A DNA stretch of 62,905 bases, the filler included, from Saprolegnia diclina VS20 (taxonomy: Eukaryota): NCBI RefSeq assembly GCF_000281045.1. It is 7 parts of 3 records of this genome, joined end to end, with 100 filler letters (N's around TTAATTAATTAA, not from the genome) between each part and the next. Parts side by side here need not be neighbours in the genome. Positions count along the whole stretch, not along the records: positions 1 to 12,839 come from NW_008246112.1; positions 12,940 to 43,122 come from NW_008246113.1; 5 more parts are not named here. The stretch is one strand, 5' to 3'. Below, one piece after another: positions 12,752-24,252 of the stretch (the first letter of the stretch is position 1; the number at the start of each line of letters is the position of its first letter). A program made the translations under genes and the position numbers. The notes under the pieces are model-generated. The model was not told the DNA's origin, did no database searches, and worked only from the letters and a program-made list of their open reading frames with translations.

Positions 12752-15064
12752 TAGTCGGTCACCTTCGCACGTAATTGCCAGTGGTCGCCATGCAAGCGCT
12801 TGTACGAACGCCTCATATTCAATTCAAAATCCATTCAATNNNNNNNNNNNNNNNNNNNNNNNNNNNNNNNNNNNNNNNNNNNNTTAATTAATTAANNNNN
12901 NNNNNNNNNNNNNNNNNNNNNNNNNNNNNNNNNNNNNNNGCGATTTCGCATACAATATTGGAGAGGCGCGAAGCGGATACGCTTCTCATGGGTACTCTGG
13001 CCGCCAAGCGCGCGCTCGGTCTCTCGCTTCGACCGTCCTTGGCGGAGAGCACAACCTTCTCGCCGGCACGAGGGCTCCGCGCTGGTCGCTCGTCGCCCTG
13101 TCTAGGATTTCTAGGCATGCATTCAATGTTTTGTCCAATCAAAAGCAGCGCTGACAACATATTTTGGCCAATCACACAGACCGACAGCCATGTTGACTCT
13201 CTCTGATGAAAGCGACGTCAGACTTACTACTGCAATTATTACATAGAGCCACACAATTCAATACACGCACGCTACAAGGGTCTATCAACAGAGTAGAATC
13301 CCTTCTTGCTACGAGCCATAGGTGAAGACGCGAGGTAGTTTTGCGAGCGCTGAGATGTCAACGCCATCGACGCGCGTTACGTGCCTCGATAGTTTCAATT
13401 CCCATTTTGCGAACCGATGGCCGAGGGAGAGACCACCGTCGTCCGCAACCCGTGGGTCTGTCTTGCGCTCCAAGACTCGGCTTTTTTTCAATGGAGCTCG
13501 CCGATCGCCAAGCCGGTGCGGCTGCGGCGCGACAGGTTTCTTCGAGTACGACGACTAGCTTTTATGTACACTATTTACTAGTGATTTTGACATTATGGAC
13601 AAAGCACTGCAGTCGTATGCGCAGTACACGCCCGAGACGGAGCCCGAGATCGAGCTCGACGCGGTCTTTCCATATGTATTTCGCCATCAAAAACAACGCG
13701 CGTCGCGTCTCACGTACGTGGACAGACTAGTCTATATCATTTTTATCGTCCATTTTTACTAACATTTCATGTAGAAAGGTGCGATCCTGTTGTGCATCCC
13801 ACGAGGCGACCGGATCCCACGAGGCGACCGGATTGTAGGCATCGCTGCCGACCGTATACGACGATGACGCCGACAGCGACGACTCGGACGACGAGAGAGA
13901 GCTCACGCCGCACCTCGCGCCGCCTGTCAACGGTACGCATTGATGCCAGTCATTTGATATCAAGGGAGACTAGCCCCCGTGCAACCTCTTCTCGGCCGTC
14001 TCGACCTTGCAAGTGTTCTGGGCGCGCTGCCCAAAGCCGTACTATTTGAGCGTCCAGCTCGAGGGAATCGGGGCCTCATGGCGTCTCGTAGCACTGCATG
14101 AGCGCCGACTTGCGTCGCCGTCTCGCCGTGTACTTTTGTGGCCACCCCCATGTTGAACCTGTGGTTCAGCTCATCGAATCCGGGTCCATCGAGGTGCGTT
14201 CACAACAACTGACTAGCACCCCATCAACATCACCTAGGCGCAACTCGGGTTTCTCTGCGACCTCTTTCACTTGACTCGACCGTCCTCATTTGACGCGCCA
14301 CCCGCCTGCGACTTGGTGCGCTTCCGGCGGTGGACGCCCGTGCTGCGGACGCAAAAACGCATTTGCTTTCAGCTGCAGACGTCGCGGCCCCGTGTCCGCA
14401 ACATTGACGTCTTGCAACAGCTTCTCTCGGCCGGCATGTACCTCGTCCAGCGCCACTGCCGCCTCCCGCTCGACACCGCGCCGTCACGTACGTTCCGAGT
14501 GCCTTTGAAACGACACACATGTACAAGATGGCATTTGCTAGTGGGCCATGTGTGCCTCCTGCTGAAGGAAACGCGCATGCTGTATGTGAAAAAGGTGATT
14601 CCGGAAGCCGATTTTGTGCTGCTGCTCCGCCAAGTGTTTCATCACGGCATCTTTATCTGGCCCAAAGAGCTCCCACGCAAACTCGCGACGACCGCGACGA
14701 CGCCCGACCCGATTGCAGTCTACTTGGCTTCGCAAAACAACAGTCTCTAGTCCTACAGTAAAATATGTCAAATATATGCTTTTTATGCAAGAGACGTCGT
14801 GTAGGCGTGAGAGTTTAGCCCGTCACAGCATGGAGACGTGAATATGGTCGGATGCCGTCGCAGGGAGCGAATGACCTATGGAATAAAATACGTTGTATTG
14901 TCTTGCTCATGTCGGACAACTCGCGACATTGGCTAAGTTCACGCTATTATCTATTAGTCAAAATGTGAAAGGTTTTAAACATATGGTGTTTTATACAGTG
15001 GAAACCACCGCCCATGTGTTTTAAACAGGTTTGCATTTCACAACCCAAGACAGTGACACAAAGC

Positions 15065-18000
15065 ATGGCCGACGCTGCGGTCGACGGACGCCATGCCCGC
15101 CACTCGCCTCATGCTGCTCGTAGACCGCCGAGCTTCTCCGCGCGATCGCTGCAGGCAGCTTGCCACGCGTCCGCGCTGCCCTGGCCGCCGGCGCCGACGT
15201 CAACGCCCGCGACGAGGTCCACGCGTCTCCCTTCGTCGACGCGCCTCATGGCTACTGGTGCGTAGGACGATGCGACGCCGCTGGACATGGCGTGCGAGAA
15301 CGACCGCAGCGATATGGTCACATGCTTGCTCATGCACCCGCGCATCGACGTGGCCAAGGTACATGACCTCTCTCTTCCATCGACGCTCATGGCTCTTCAT
15401 GCAGGCGCGGGCCTCGCTCTTGGTGGAAGTTTGCCGACGTGGCGCGGGCGCTTTGGTCGCGCAGCTCCTCGCCCATCCCACGACGGACCCCATGACGCGT
15501 CTGGAGGTAGGTTGCATGCGTCTGTTTGTCGTGTTGACGGCCGATGGACTGGATGCTAGTACGGCTCGAATGTGCTCGTCGAGCTCTGCTCGGCGGGCGG
15601 TACGAGCGCCATGCTGTCGCGGTTCATGGGGCACCCGCGCGTCGATATCAACGCATCAGTTGACGTGCGGTCGCTCTATAACGCCGAATGCGTCGAGGTA
15701 TGCCGTCTTGTGAGAAGGGTTAGGGGTATGATCGATGCGGGCTAGGCCGTGACACCGCTTCGGCGCGCCGTGGAAGGCCACTTCTGGGACAACGTCGCAG
15801 TGCTGCTGCAGGACCCGCGCCTCGACGTCAACGCCATGCTCGTACTACTCCTTCCTCTCACTTTATGCCTTGAACGAACTGGAGTAGGGCAACAGGACGC
15901 TTCTATATCATGCGTGCGTCGCCGACAAGGTCGATCTCGTGTCGGACCTACTGCGTCGACCTGGTATCGACCGCAGTGCTATGGCCGCGGTACCCGTCGT
16001 TCCATCATTGCTATTTGTTGAACTTGGGCTCATTAGAGTCAAGGGACTGCATTTGCCGCGGCTGTGCGCGCCGGCAACACATTGCTGATCGAGCTCTTTC
16101 TGAGTCTTCCGCACGACGATGTGAACAGCGGTTCACATGTACGTCGTCGTACTCGACGACAATGTTGTCCACAAGGTTATGCTACAGGGCAAAACGCCGC
16201 TTGTACTAGCGATGCAGCGAGAGCATCCCAACATTGCGCAGCGACTGGTTCTCGAACCGCACGTGGACCGTCATGCGACCGACAAGGTAATCGCTCTCTG
16301 ACCACCTCGTGTCTCACACTACACTATACATGACGATAGAATGGGAATACGGTGCTGCACCTGGCCTGCGTCAAGGGCTGGGCAACCCTTGCCGAAACCC
16401 TTTTAATGTCGTTGGACGTGCATCAGCGCAATCATGTACTTGGCCGCATCTATCCCGTCGACGTTCATGTCGAAGCTAGAACGGCTTGACACCGGCGAGC
16501 ATGGCCTTTCAAGCCCGCCATTTTGACCTCGCATTGCACCTCTACCGCAAGTACAAGGCCGACGCCAACGTTGTCATGGTCGCCCTCGGCTGCTCGCATC
16601 GATATGAGGCTCACGGTCGGTGTAGGGTACTGGCATGACACCGCTCCAGTGGGCCTGTCACGACGGCCGATACGAAGTGATTCAGGCGCTCTTGGCGCTG
16701 CCACTGCACGATCGTGCAGCGCAGGACAAGTTGTCGCGCTCCATTGTGGACACCTTGTCTTCTACGACGCTGCGACTAGAAAAGCAACTCGGCGCTCATG
16801 TTGGCGTGCCGCGGCCCGCCGTTTTCGATGCCGTTCCGCGACATTTCGGATAACGAGGTAGCGCACCGCAACTCGGTACGTGTAGACTAGAACGTGTCGC
16901 ATAGTCCAAGGATACGAATAGTTGGGCCATACGCTCGTCCATGTCGCCTGCGCGTACGGTCAAGTGTCGGTCGTCGCGGCGCTTCTGCCGTACATCAAAC
17001 AAGGCAGCATCAACGCACGCGACAATGTGTGTTGTGCTCAAGTTGCACGACTATAGAACGTAACCTTTTGGGTGGTAGGACGGCAACACTCCTCTCCACC
17101 TCGCTGTCAACCACGAAGCTGTCGTGACGCAGCTTCTCGCTGTGCCCGAGGTTGATCTCAAGCGCACCAACAAGGTACCAACGACTGCAATCATGCGCGT
17201 CCTGACAGGCTCAGTACAGTTGGGTCGGACGGTGCTGCACGTTGCGTGCGCGAGTGGGCAAGGGTCGGTCGTCGCACTGCTGCTTCGTGCCGGCGCCACA
17301 ATCCAAGCTGTCGACCGCGTACATAGTCGTATTCGACCGAGAAGAGTCTCAGGATGCCCGTCATAGGAAGGCAACACACCACTGATGCTGGCTTGTACGC
17401 ACAACCACGTCGCGGTCGTGATGCAGCTGTTGTCACAACCGCCCCTTGCCGACGAGACGCTGAAAATGGTACTAAATTTCTAGATGCTTGCCTTCTCCAA
17501 ATCTACATCTGGTTGTGATTTCTGGTGTAGCAGGATGGTCGGAGCGCGCTCCATGTGGCTGCCCGCGCTGGGCATGTACGCCTTCTCCGATGGCTGCTCG
17601 AATCGACGACCACCGATGTCAATGGCTGCAGTGCGGTATGCTTCCGGAACAAAGTCGCGGGCATGTGATGCATCGAGTATACACGGTAGACGGGTACGAC
17701 TGCCCTCATGGAGGCTGTCGACCACCGCAAACCTGGCGTCGTGACCTACCTCCTGCGACATTCCGCCGTTCATGTCAACGCGACAGATAGCGTCAGTAGC
17801 TCTTGTCTGGAGTCGTGTTGACGTGTTGGTAGGACGGCAACACGGCTTTGATGCGGCTTTGCATGCGCGCCGACTATGATATACTCGAGATTCTTCTCAG
17901 CCATCCGGCCATCGACATCAACCGGCGCAACCACGTACTCGTGTGCCTCCGCAACCAACTAAAATCATTTGTGGTGTAGGCGAGGGCGACCGCTTTTGCG

Positions 18001-19931
18001 CTGGCGTGCCATGCGAACGACCCGATGCTGGCGGCGCAGCTCATGCAGCTGCCCCAACTGGACNNNNNNNNNNNNNNNNNNNNNNNNNNNNNNNNNNNNN
18101 NNNNNNNNNNNNNNNNNNNNNNNNNNNNNNNNNNNNNNNNNNNNNNNNNNNNNNNNNNNNNNNNNNNNNNNNNNNNNNNNNNNTCATGTTGTGCGAAAGC
18201 TGCTGTCGTCGCCCGAGATCGACGTCAACTACCGGGATGCGGTAGGAAACCTAACCCTACGATGGAACCCTAATCCCCGCGACTCGACCAGAGCGGGCTC
18301 ACGGCGCTATTGCAAGTGTGCCTCAACCAAGGCAACGTCAAGATAGTCCAGCTCCTCTTGGAGAAGCCAGAGATCGACACGAGTGTCCGGGACAAGGTAG
18401 TATCTCGTTCAATGTTCCCACGTGACGCGTCATCGTGGGTAGCACGGCAACTCGGCCTTGCTATTGGCAACTCGCCAAGGCAATCCTGGCATCGTGCAAG
18501 CGCTGCTAGCACACGGTGGCTGCGACGTCAACGCTGCCAACGACGTACTACACTACATCACTTTCCCATCTCATACCGATGGTGTCAACTAGTCGGGTAC
18601 GACGGCGCTCCATGCGGCGTCCGGCAGCAAGCACGCGGGTCGGCTCGTGCCGCTGCTACTTGGCGTCGACAGAATCGATGTCAACGCGATGAACAAGGTT
18701 CGGTCCCGTCACATAGCAAGGTCCTTCTACGCGTCTGGTCGACATGTAGAAACGGCAGACGCCGCTGATGCTCGCGTGCCTGGCGGGTGACGTGCATGTG
18801 GCCTCCTTGCTGCTGGATCACCCGCGCATGGCTGTCGGCACCGTACGTCGTATGCATAGAACCAGTAAACGCAGGCGTCGGTAGACCCCGAATGGACCGC
18901 TCCCGATCGCAGTGCGCTTGAACAACATTTCGCTGGTTACGCCCCTTGTACAGCACCCGACGACGAACGCTGAGATTGCCGACGAGGTCTGCTACATTTC
19001 GATTTCGATTCGACTTGGGTACGTAGGCGGGCTTGACGCCCTGGCTCCGGGCCGTCAACAGCCAAAACGTATCGCTTGTACAAGCGCTTGCAGCCCGTAT
19101 CGACGTCAACAAGGCGCTGGTCGTGCCCGACCGACCGCGTGACGACAACGATTCGACGCTGGCGTGGATGGAGGCGATGGAGCCCGACTCGTTGGCCGCT
19201 GCGAACCTCCGCTACATGAACCCCAAGGTCGAGTGGGTAGCCTCCACGAACCGTCACGAGTGCACCGATGCGACCGTCGCCAGCTGCGTACGGTCTCATT
19301 TGCTAGTCTGGACGATCCAAGTCCATGCATTGACCGTTGTTGGTTGTAGAAGACAGGCAAGACTGCGCTCATGGTCGCGTGTCTCTACAGCAACGAAGCA
19401 ATGGTCGAGTGTTTGCTGTCGCAGCCCACGATCAACGTCAACGCGGTCGACGATGTACGATATTGTCATCTGTTTCCATGTTGATGTATCGCAATATATA
19501 CGCTAGGACGGCAACACGGCACTCATGCACGTGGCCTTTCTGCACCCGACGGCCGAGCGCATCTGGCACCGTCTCTGCCAGAACACTCGCTTGGATGTGA
19601 CGATGACCAATACGGTCCATCAAACCCTAGCCCTGGTTGAGGCTATAACGATGACATGGTGTAGCAAGGCGAGACGGCGATCGAGATTGCGGGACGGTGT
19701 GGCAGTGGCATCGCGACGGCGTATCTCTTGCAGCAGCTGCTGTCTCGTCGTCACCCGAGTGTGCTGCCCGAGATCGTCGAGGCGGTCGCAGCCTTCTTTG
19801 TCGATCACGGACGTCTGGAGCGTGCAGCAGTCTATGACTCCGACGAGAATGACTGGTCCGAGTTGGAGCTGGATGACGCCGACGACCTTGACGGTGACGA
19901 CGACGACGATGCCCAAGACTTAATCGAGTAG
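15065..19931 (+). CDS. Large ankyrin-repeat protein, roughly one repeat per exon, with an F-box-like motif and acidic tail at the C-terminus (spans a gap)
   Basis: Repeated exons such as GxTPL..A..G..VV..LL..P..DVNA separated by ~45-55 nt GT-AG introns; ends LPEIVEAVAAFF..DDDDDAQDLIE*. Could be more than one gene. Confidence 0.85.
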
Positions 19932-20041
19932 TTTGACATGAGAAAATAAACAGCAAAAGAATGACCAACATGGACGGGATCGAACCGTCGTCCAACAACA
20001 CCCGCCAACTGAAATACATCGTCTTCACTCTGCTTATGCAG

Positions 20042-20821
20042 CTACAGATAAAGCACGTCGGGCGACCGCCATGCTGCGCTATCCGTAGTGCGTAGCAGTT
20101 GCACGCTACGCCCGGGGACGGTGCGGCGACGGCGGCGGCGCCACGGGTGCCGTGCCTGGTGCGCGACAGCGCAGGATTCCACGAGGTTAAAGAGACGGCG
20201 GTCGTCGCACTTGGCGTCGGCGTTCGAGGGCACGTGCAGCAGAAGCTCGACGTCGCGGCGCAGCGCGCGAGGCCGCACGCCTTCGACGAGCATGTCACAA
20301 AAGAGCTTGGCGCCCGCGAAGCGAAAGTTGTTGGCGTCGGCCATCTCGTTGGCGCGCATAAAGTACGTGGCGACGCGCGCACGGGCGTCGGGAATGCGCA
20401 TGTCCATGATGAGGTGCACGCGGTAGTGCTGCACGACGGCCTCGAGCGACGTGGGCATCGTCGTGGCCAGCTCGCGCTCGATCCACGCGAGGATGTCGGC
20501 GTCGGTGATCGCGGCCTCGGCCATGCACAGCTTGTAGTGCGCAAGGAACCGCAGCGTCGGCGGTGCGATCGTCGCGAGGATGGACTGGCGCGTGTGCACA
20601 TGTGCTTTGGCTTCACACGCGACCTCGTAGCGAGCGCGGGCGTCGCGGAAGGCCACCAAGCTGGCATGCGTCGTATCCGCCAAGACCGGCGCAGCGAGGA
20701 GCGTCTCCATGTTGCTGCTGTCATCGTCATCGTCGTAGGCGCCCCAGGCAGAGCGCTCGTCGAGGCCGGGCTCGAGCTTGATCCTAGTCCTTGTCGGCGA
20801 GAGGACCACGCGCTCGGTCAT
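20042..20821 (-). CDS. Stand-alone LTR-retrotransposon gag-like protein
   Basis: Intronless ORF: APVLADTTHASLVAFRDARARYE..LIMDMRIPDARARVATYF..LVEGVRPRALR..AKCDDRRLFNLV, resembling oomycete Gypsy gag; no pol or LTR seen nearby. Confidence 0.6.
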   Translation of the reverse strand: MTERVVLSPTRTRIKLEPGLDERSAWGAYDDDDDSSNMETLLAAPVLADTTHASLVAFRDARARYEVACEAKAHVHTRQSILATIAPPTLRFLAHYKLCMAEAAITDADILAWIERELATTMPTSLEAVVQHYRVHLIMDMRIPDARARVATYFMRANEMADANNFRFAGAKLFCDMLVEGVRPRALRRDVELLLHVPSNADAKCDDRRLFNLVESCAVAHQARHPWRRRRRRTVPGRSVQLLRTTDSAAWRSPDVLYL

Positions 20822-21729
20822 CCTGGTGGCGAATGAAACAAGTCGCCCAATCACAAGCTCCAGGTGTCGAGTATTTTGGCCAATCCGAAAGCCGAATTCG
20901 GCGGGAGCCAATCAAATGGCGTCCTTGCCCGCGGAAATTACGTGGCAGCCCAACGGGCGTTTCGCTCGCACCAAGTAGCACCGAGCACGGGACCACGACG
21001 GTTTGAAGCCCGCCCAAGTCGGGACGGTATCAGCGCGACGCTGTCGCTCATCGCCGGTAGCAAAGCGTCTAGAGCAGCGCGCATCTCGTCCGCTGATTGG
21101 ACGTGACACCACGGGTGTCATCGAAGCCAACGCAACGCGACCAGTAGTACACTGCAGACTTGCAAAAGTCAAAGAAGCGTTGGACGCAGAAGGTCCAGCG
21201 CACGAACCATTAATAACAACCAAAGAAGAGGAAGTAGCAACGTCATAGAGTTGCGACATGTGGGAAGACGTTGTCCAAGTACTTTCGTGCTGGCGCGCAA
21301 GACTGCTGGCGAGGTCTGTCGCAACGTTGAATGTATCAACGCGCCATTTCGAAAGGAGCTTGGGCTATAATGTTTGCGGTTAAATGGCCTTGCTAAATCA
21401 GCCACCTCGAGTCTGCATCGCATAGCCTAGATCTCAATTCACAGCCCTAAACGCGATACAAACATACGAGTACATTCTGTCGTTAGAGAAACAATGTTGT
21501 GTGGTCCGAGTACAGGAGCCTGCGTACGACCTCGCGCGAGCTATGACTCGGCGAGTGGGGTCCACCACGGGATGGATCTCTCCGTACGCAGCTCACTCCC
21601 AACGACCAAGTGCTAACTCCCACGCATTCAGGCGTAGCGCTACGTATGCAAAGTCTTTGTGTACAAACGACGATAATGCGGAACATGGTCATATATAATG
21701 TTGTCCAAAACCCCGTGCGACAGACATTG

Positions 21730-22926
21730 TCAAAGCATGTGCAACGTCACCACAACCGCGGCAAGGCCCAACACACAAAGCGCGATCGCGGGTGTGATCC
21801 ACTTGGCGGTGCTCCTGCGCAGCGGGTGCTCGACCTCCCCGTGCGTGATGATACTCAAGGCAACGGAAACCAGCAGCATGCACCACGGTTCTACGGTGAA
21901 CGGACGGCTTGTCGCTGGCGGGTATTGGTGGTTGGAGATGACAAGGAGCGGCCAGTGCCAGAGATAGAGTCCGTAGCTGATCTTGCCAAATTGCATAAGC
22001 ATCGTGTTGCTCAGGACGTAGCGGTTGAACGGCGCTTGGGGGCCTCCGGCAAGGAGCAAGGTCGCACCGGCGGTCGGTAGAAGCGCCCAAATGCCCGGAA
22101 AAGCACTTTGAGACTCAATAAATACGAGCCCGATGACGACGAGGCCAAGCCCGGCTGCCGACATCCATGCACCAAAATGTGATGAATCGGTGAGCGGTGT
22201 CAAGGACGTTGTCGCTTGCTCTGCCATCACATACGAGAGGAGGCCGCCCATGGACAGCTGCCAAAACCGACCGAGCGGCATGAGGAACACGGCCATGTTG
22301 CCGTGGTTTTTTTCGACGGACGCAATAATGTTGATGAGAAAGCTGAGCGCCAAAAATGCAATCTGGAGCTGGACGGCTCGCGTGTATGGCTGTTTTATGA
22401 GGACAATGCAAACGCACGGCCAGAAAATATAGAAGAGGCCGCCGACACCAAGCGGCCAGAGATGCAGCAGCGGGTTGCTACCGTGCTTGGAGGACGCTGT
22501 CTCGAGCGAGAGTGCTTGCACATCGGTGGAACTCAACGTCGCAACCATGTGCTTGAGCGGGACGCCCCGGAGGAAGATGTACCCGAGCCAGAGTGTCATC
22601 ACGAGAACAACGATGAGCGTCGGCATGGTGCGGCGAACGCGGCGCTCGCAGAAGCTGATGTACGAAAAGTGACGGTGCTTGTGCTGCTTGGAGAGAACGC
22701 CCGAGATGAGAAAGCCAGAAACGACAAAGCAAATATCGATGCCCGTGAAGCCACCGGGAAGAAGCGTCGGGTACGCGTGGAAGACAAGGACAGACACGAT
22801 CGCGAACGTGCGTAGCCCGTCAATGTCGGGTCGATACCCGGACAGTGATACTGGGTCACCGTCGTGAACCAAGTCGAAGCGGACGAGGGGTGGACGGTCG
22901 CTCTCCATCATGTGCTCTGTTTTCAT
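21730..22926 (-). CDS. Acyltransferase-3 (OafA-like) paralogue, truncated and degenerate (no SGNH domain; possible pseudogene)
   Basis: YRPDIDGLR, RRVRRTMP, ISYGLYLWHWP are present. LWSLGVEEQFY is changed to LWPLGVGGLFY, there is a short deletion, and it stops right after the last TM helix. Confidence 0.8.
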   Translation of the reverse strand: MKTEHMMESDRPPLVRFDLVHDGDPVSLSGYRPDIDGLRTFAIVSVLVFHAYPTLLPGGFTGIDICFVVSGFLISGVLSKQHKHRHFSYISFCERRVRRTMPTLIVVLVMTLWLGYIFLRGVPLKHMVATLSSTDVQALSLETASSKHGSNPLLHLWPLGVGGLFYIFWPCVCIVLIKQPYTRAVQLQIAFLALSFLINIIASVEKNHGNMAVFLMPLGRFWQLSMGGLLSYVMAEQATTSLTPLTDSSHFGAWMSAAGLGLVVIGLVFIESQSAFPGIWALLPTAGATLLLAGGPQAPFNRYVLSNTMLMQFGKISYGLYLWHWPLLVISNHQYPPATSRPFTVEPWCMLLVSVALSIITHGEVEHPLRRSTAKWITPAIALCVLGLAAVVVTLHML

Positions 22927-24252
22927 GGTGCTCAAATTGAAAAATGTTGTTTCTGCAAAATGACGAAGTCCAAACCAAAACGTTGCTCGCACATTCGCTT
23001 GTTCTCCATAACGAGTCGTTGGGCTTGAAAGCAACCACTGATATTGGAAGCTGCGCCTTGCTTCCATATTTCCTTGTGGCATCTGATTCGCGATGTGAGG
23101 CGGCGAATCTGATGGATGCGAAGGGGGCTTGGCAAACGCAACGTTCATTTTGACGAACCGAATATTTTCCTACCGGTACGGCCACGCCAGCCCGAGGTTG
23201 CTGCCCATGTGGGACTATTGCATTTGTTTTTTGAATCGGACCACATAAGCGCCAATGATTTGAATTATTTCAATATATCAACTAACGTGCGCAACATCTG
23301 GCCGATTGTGTGGAACCTCGTTTTGCTGTGGTGCCAGGCATGGGTGGCAGGAGCCACTGGCAGGTAGCCGCACGTTTGCGTCGACGTTCCATGGTTTGTG
23401 TTTCTCTTGGATATGACGGTCGTTGAATAAACATTGCCCAAACGTTGCAGATCAGGCGGTTTTGGGTGGATTGCAGGCGGAGCACTGGCGTGTCGACTCG
23501 AGTTGATTCGAAACTCGTTTGGTAGCAAGCACGGAACAAGAAGCCAGGAACCTCCCAGAAGGCTCCCCAGAGGCTCCTACGCGTGTCCACACCGCCACTC
23601 AACACAGTCTATTTGCTTGCACAGCGAAAGACGACATTTAGCACCGCGTTGGCCTGTGCGGGATCAGTGCCTACTCGACGACCGCTCGTGCTCCCATCAA
23701 GAACCGTGAAGAGGCTGGAACTCGATTCAGCAAATCTCGCTGCTCCAGCTGCAAAAATATTAAAATATTTTTAATTCGTGGTTGATTTCGAAATTTTTGC
23801 AATGAACCGTGTCAACATGTTGGCTCAAGTCCGTCGCCCGTTCGTGCCCTCTGGCCGGTCGTAATGGCACTAGCCTGCGTCTGGTATTGTCTATGGCTTG
23901 AACGCAGCAGCCGAGTCTTACGATGACAAACATACCCGCTTTTGGTAGCTACTACAGTAGTACTAGTACCAAGCAGCTACTATCGCGCGACTGCATGTCC
24001 GGCACTTGGCCCGTCGCGCCATTGCTTGCTGCTTCACTTGACGCTCTCCGCCTTCCCTTTCCTAGCACAATCCCTATCCACAACCATTGACGCTACGCAC
24101 CGGCCATTCGAGCTCAGGAGATGACATATCCGCTAGCGTTGCATGTTAATAACTCATTCCAGCAGCATATCGATGCTTGTACACATCCTCAGTTCTACGA
24201 CTTGTATATTGTTCACTGTATAGGACTCGTCTATCGCGCCTCCCATCCAATG

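Noticed and set aside
12884..12895. TTAATTAATTAA inside N runs (also near 43167, 55990, 57344, 58948, 60562)
   Set aside because: Identical spacer with stops in all frames, embedded in Ns: an assembly linker, not biology
13796..13833. Two-copy 18-bp tandem repeat ATCCCACGAGGCGACCGG
   Set aside because: Only two units with no spacers; local slippage, not CRISPR-like
14271..14750. ORF with HTCTRWHLLVGHVC, possibly a decayed SWIM finger from a MULE
   Set aside because: Ligand spacing incomplete and no TIR or DDE found; too weak to call
20099..20836. Long antisense ORFs over GC-rich genes (also e.g. 4564..5403, 54305..55249)
   Set aside because: Shadow frames produced by high GC3 codon usage
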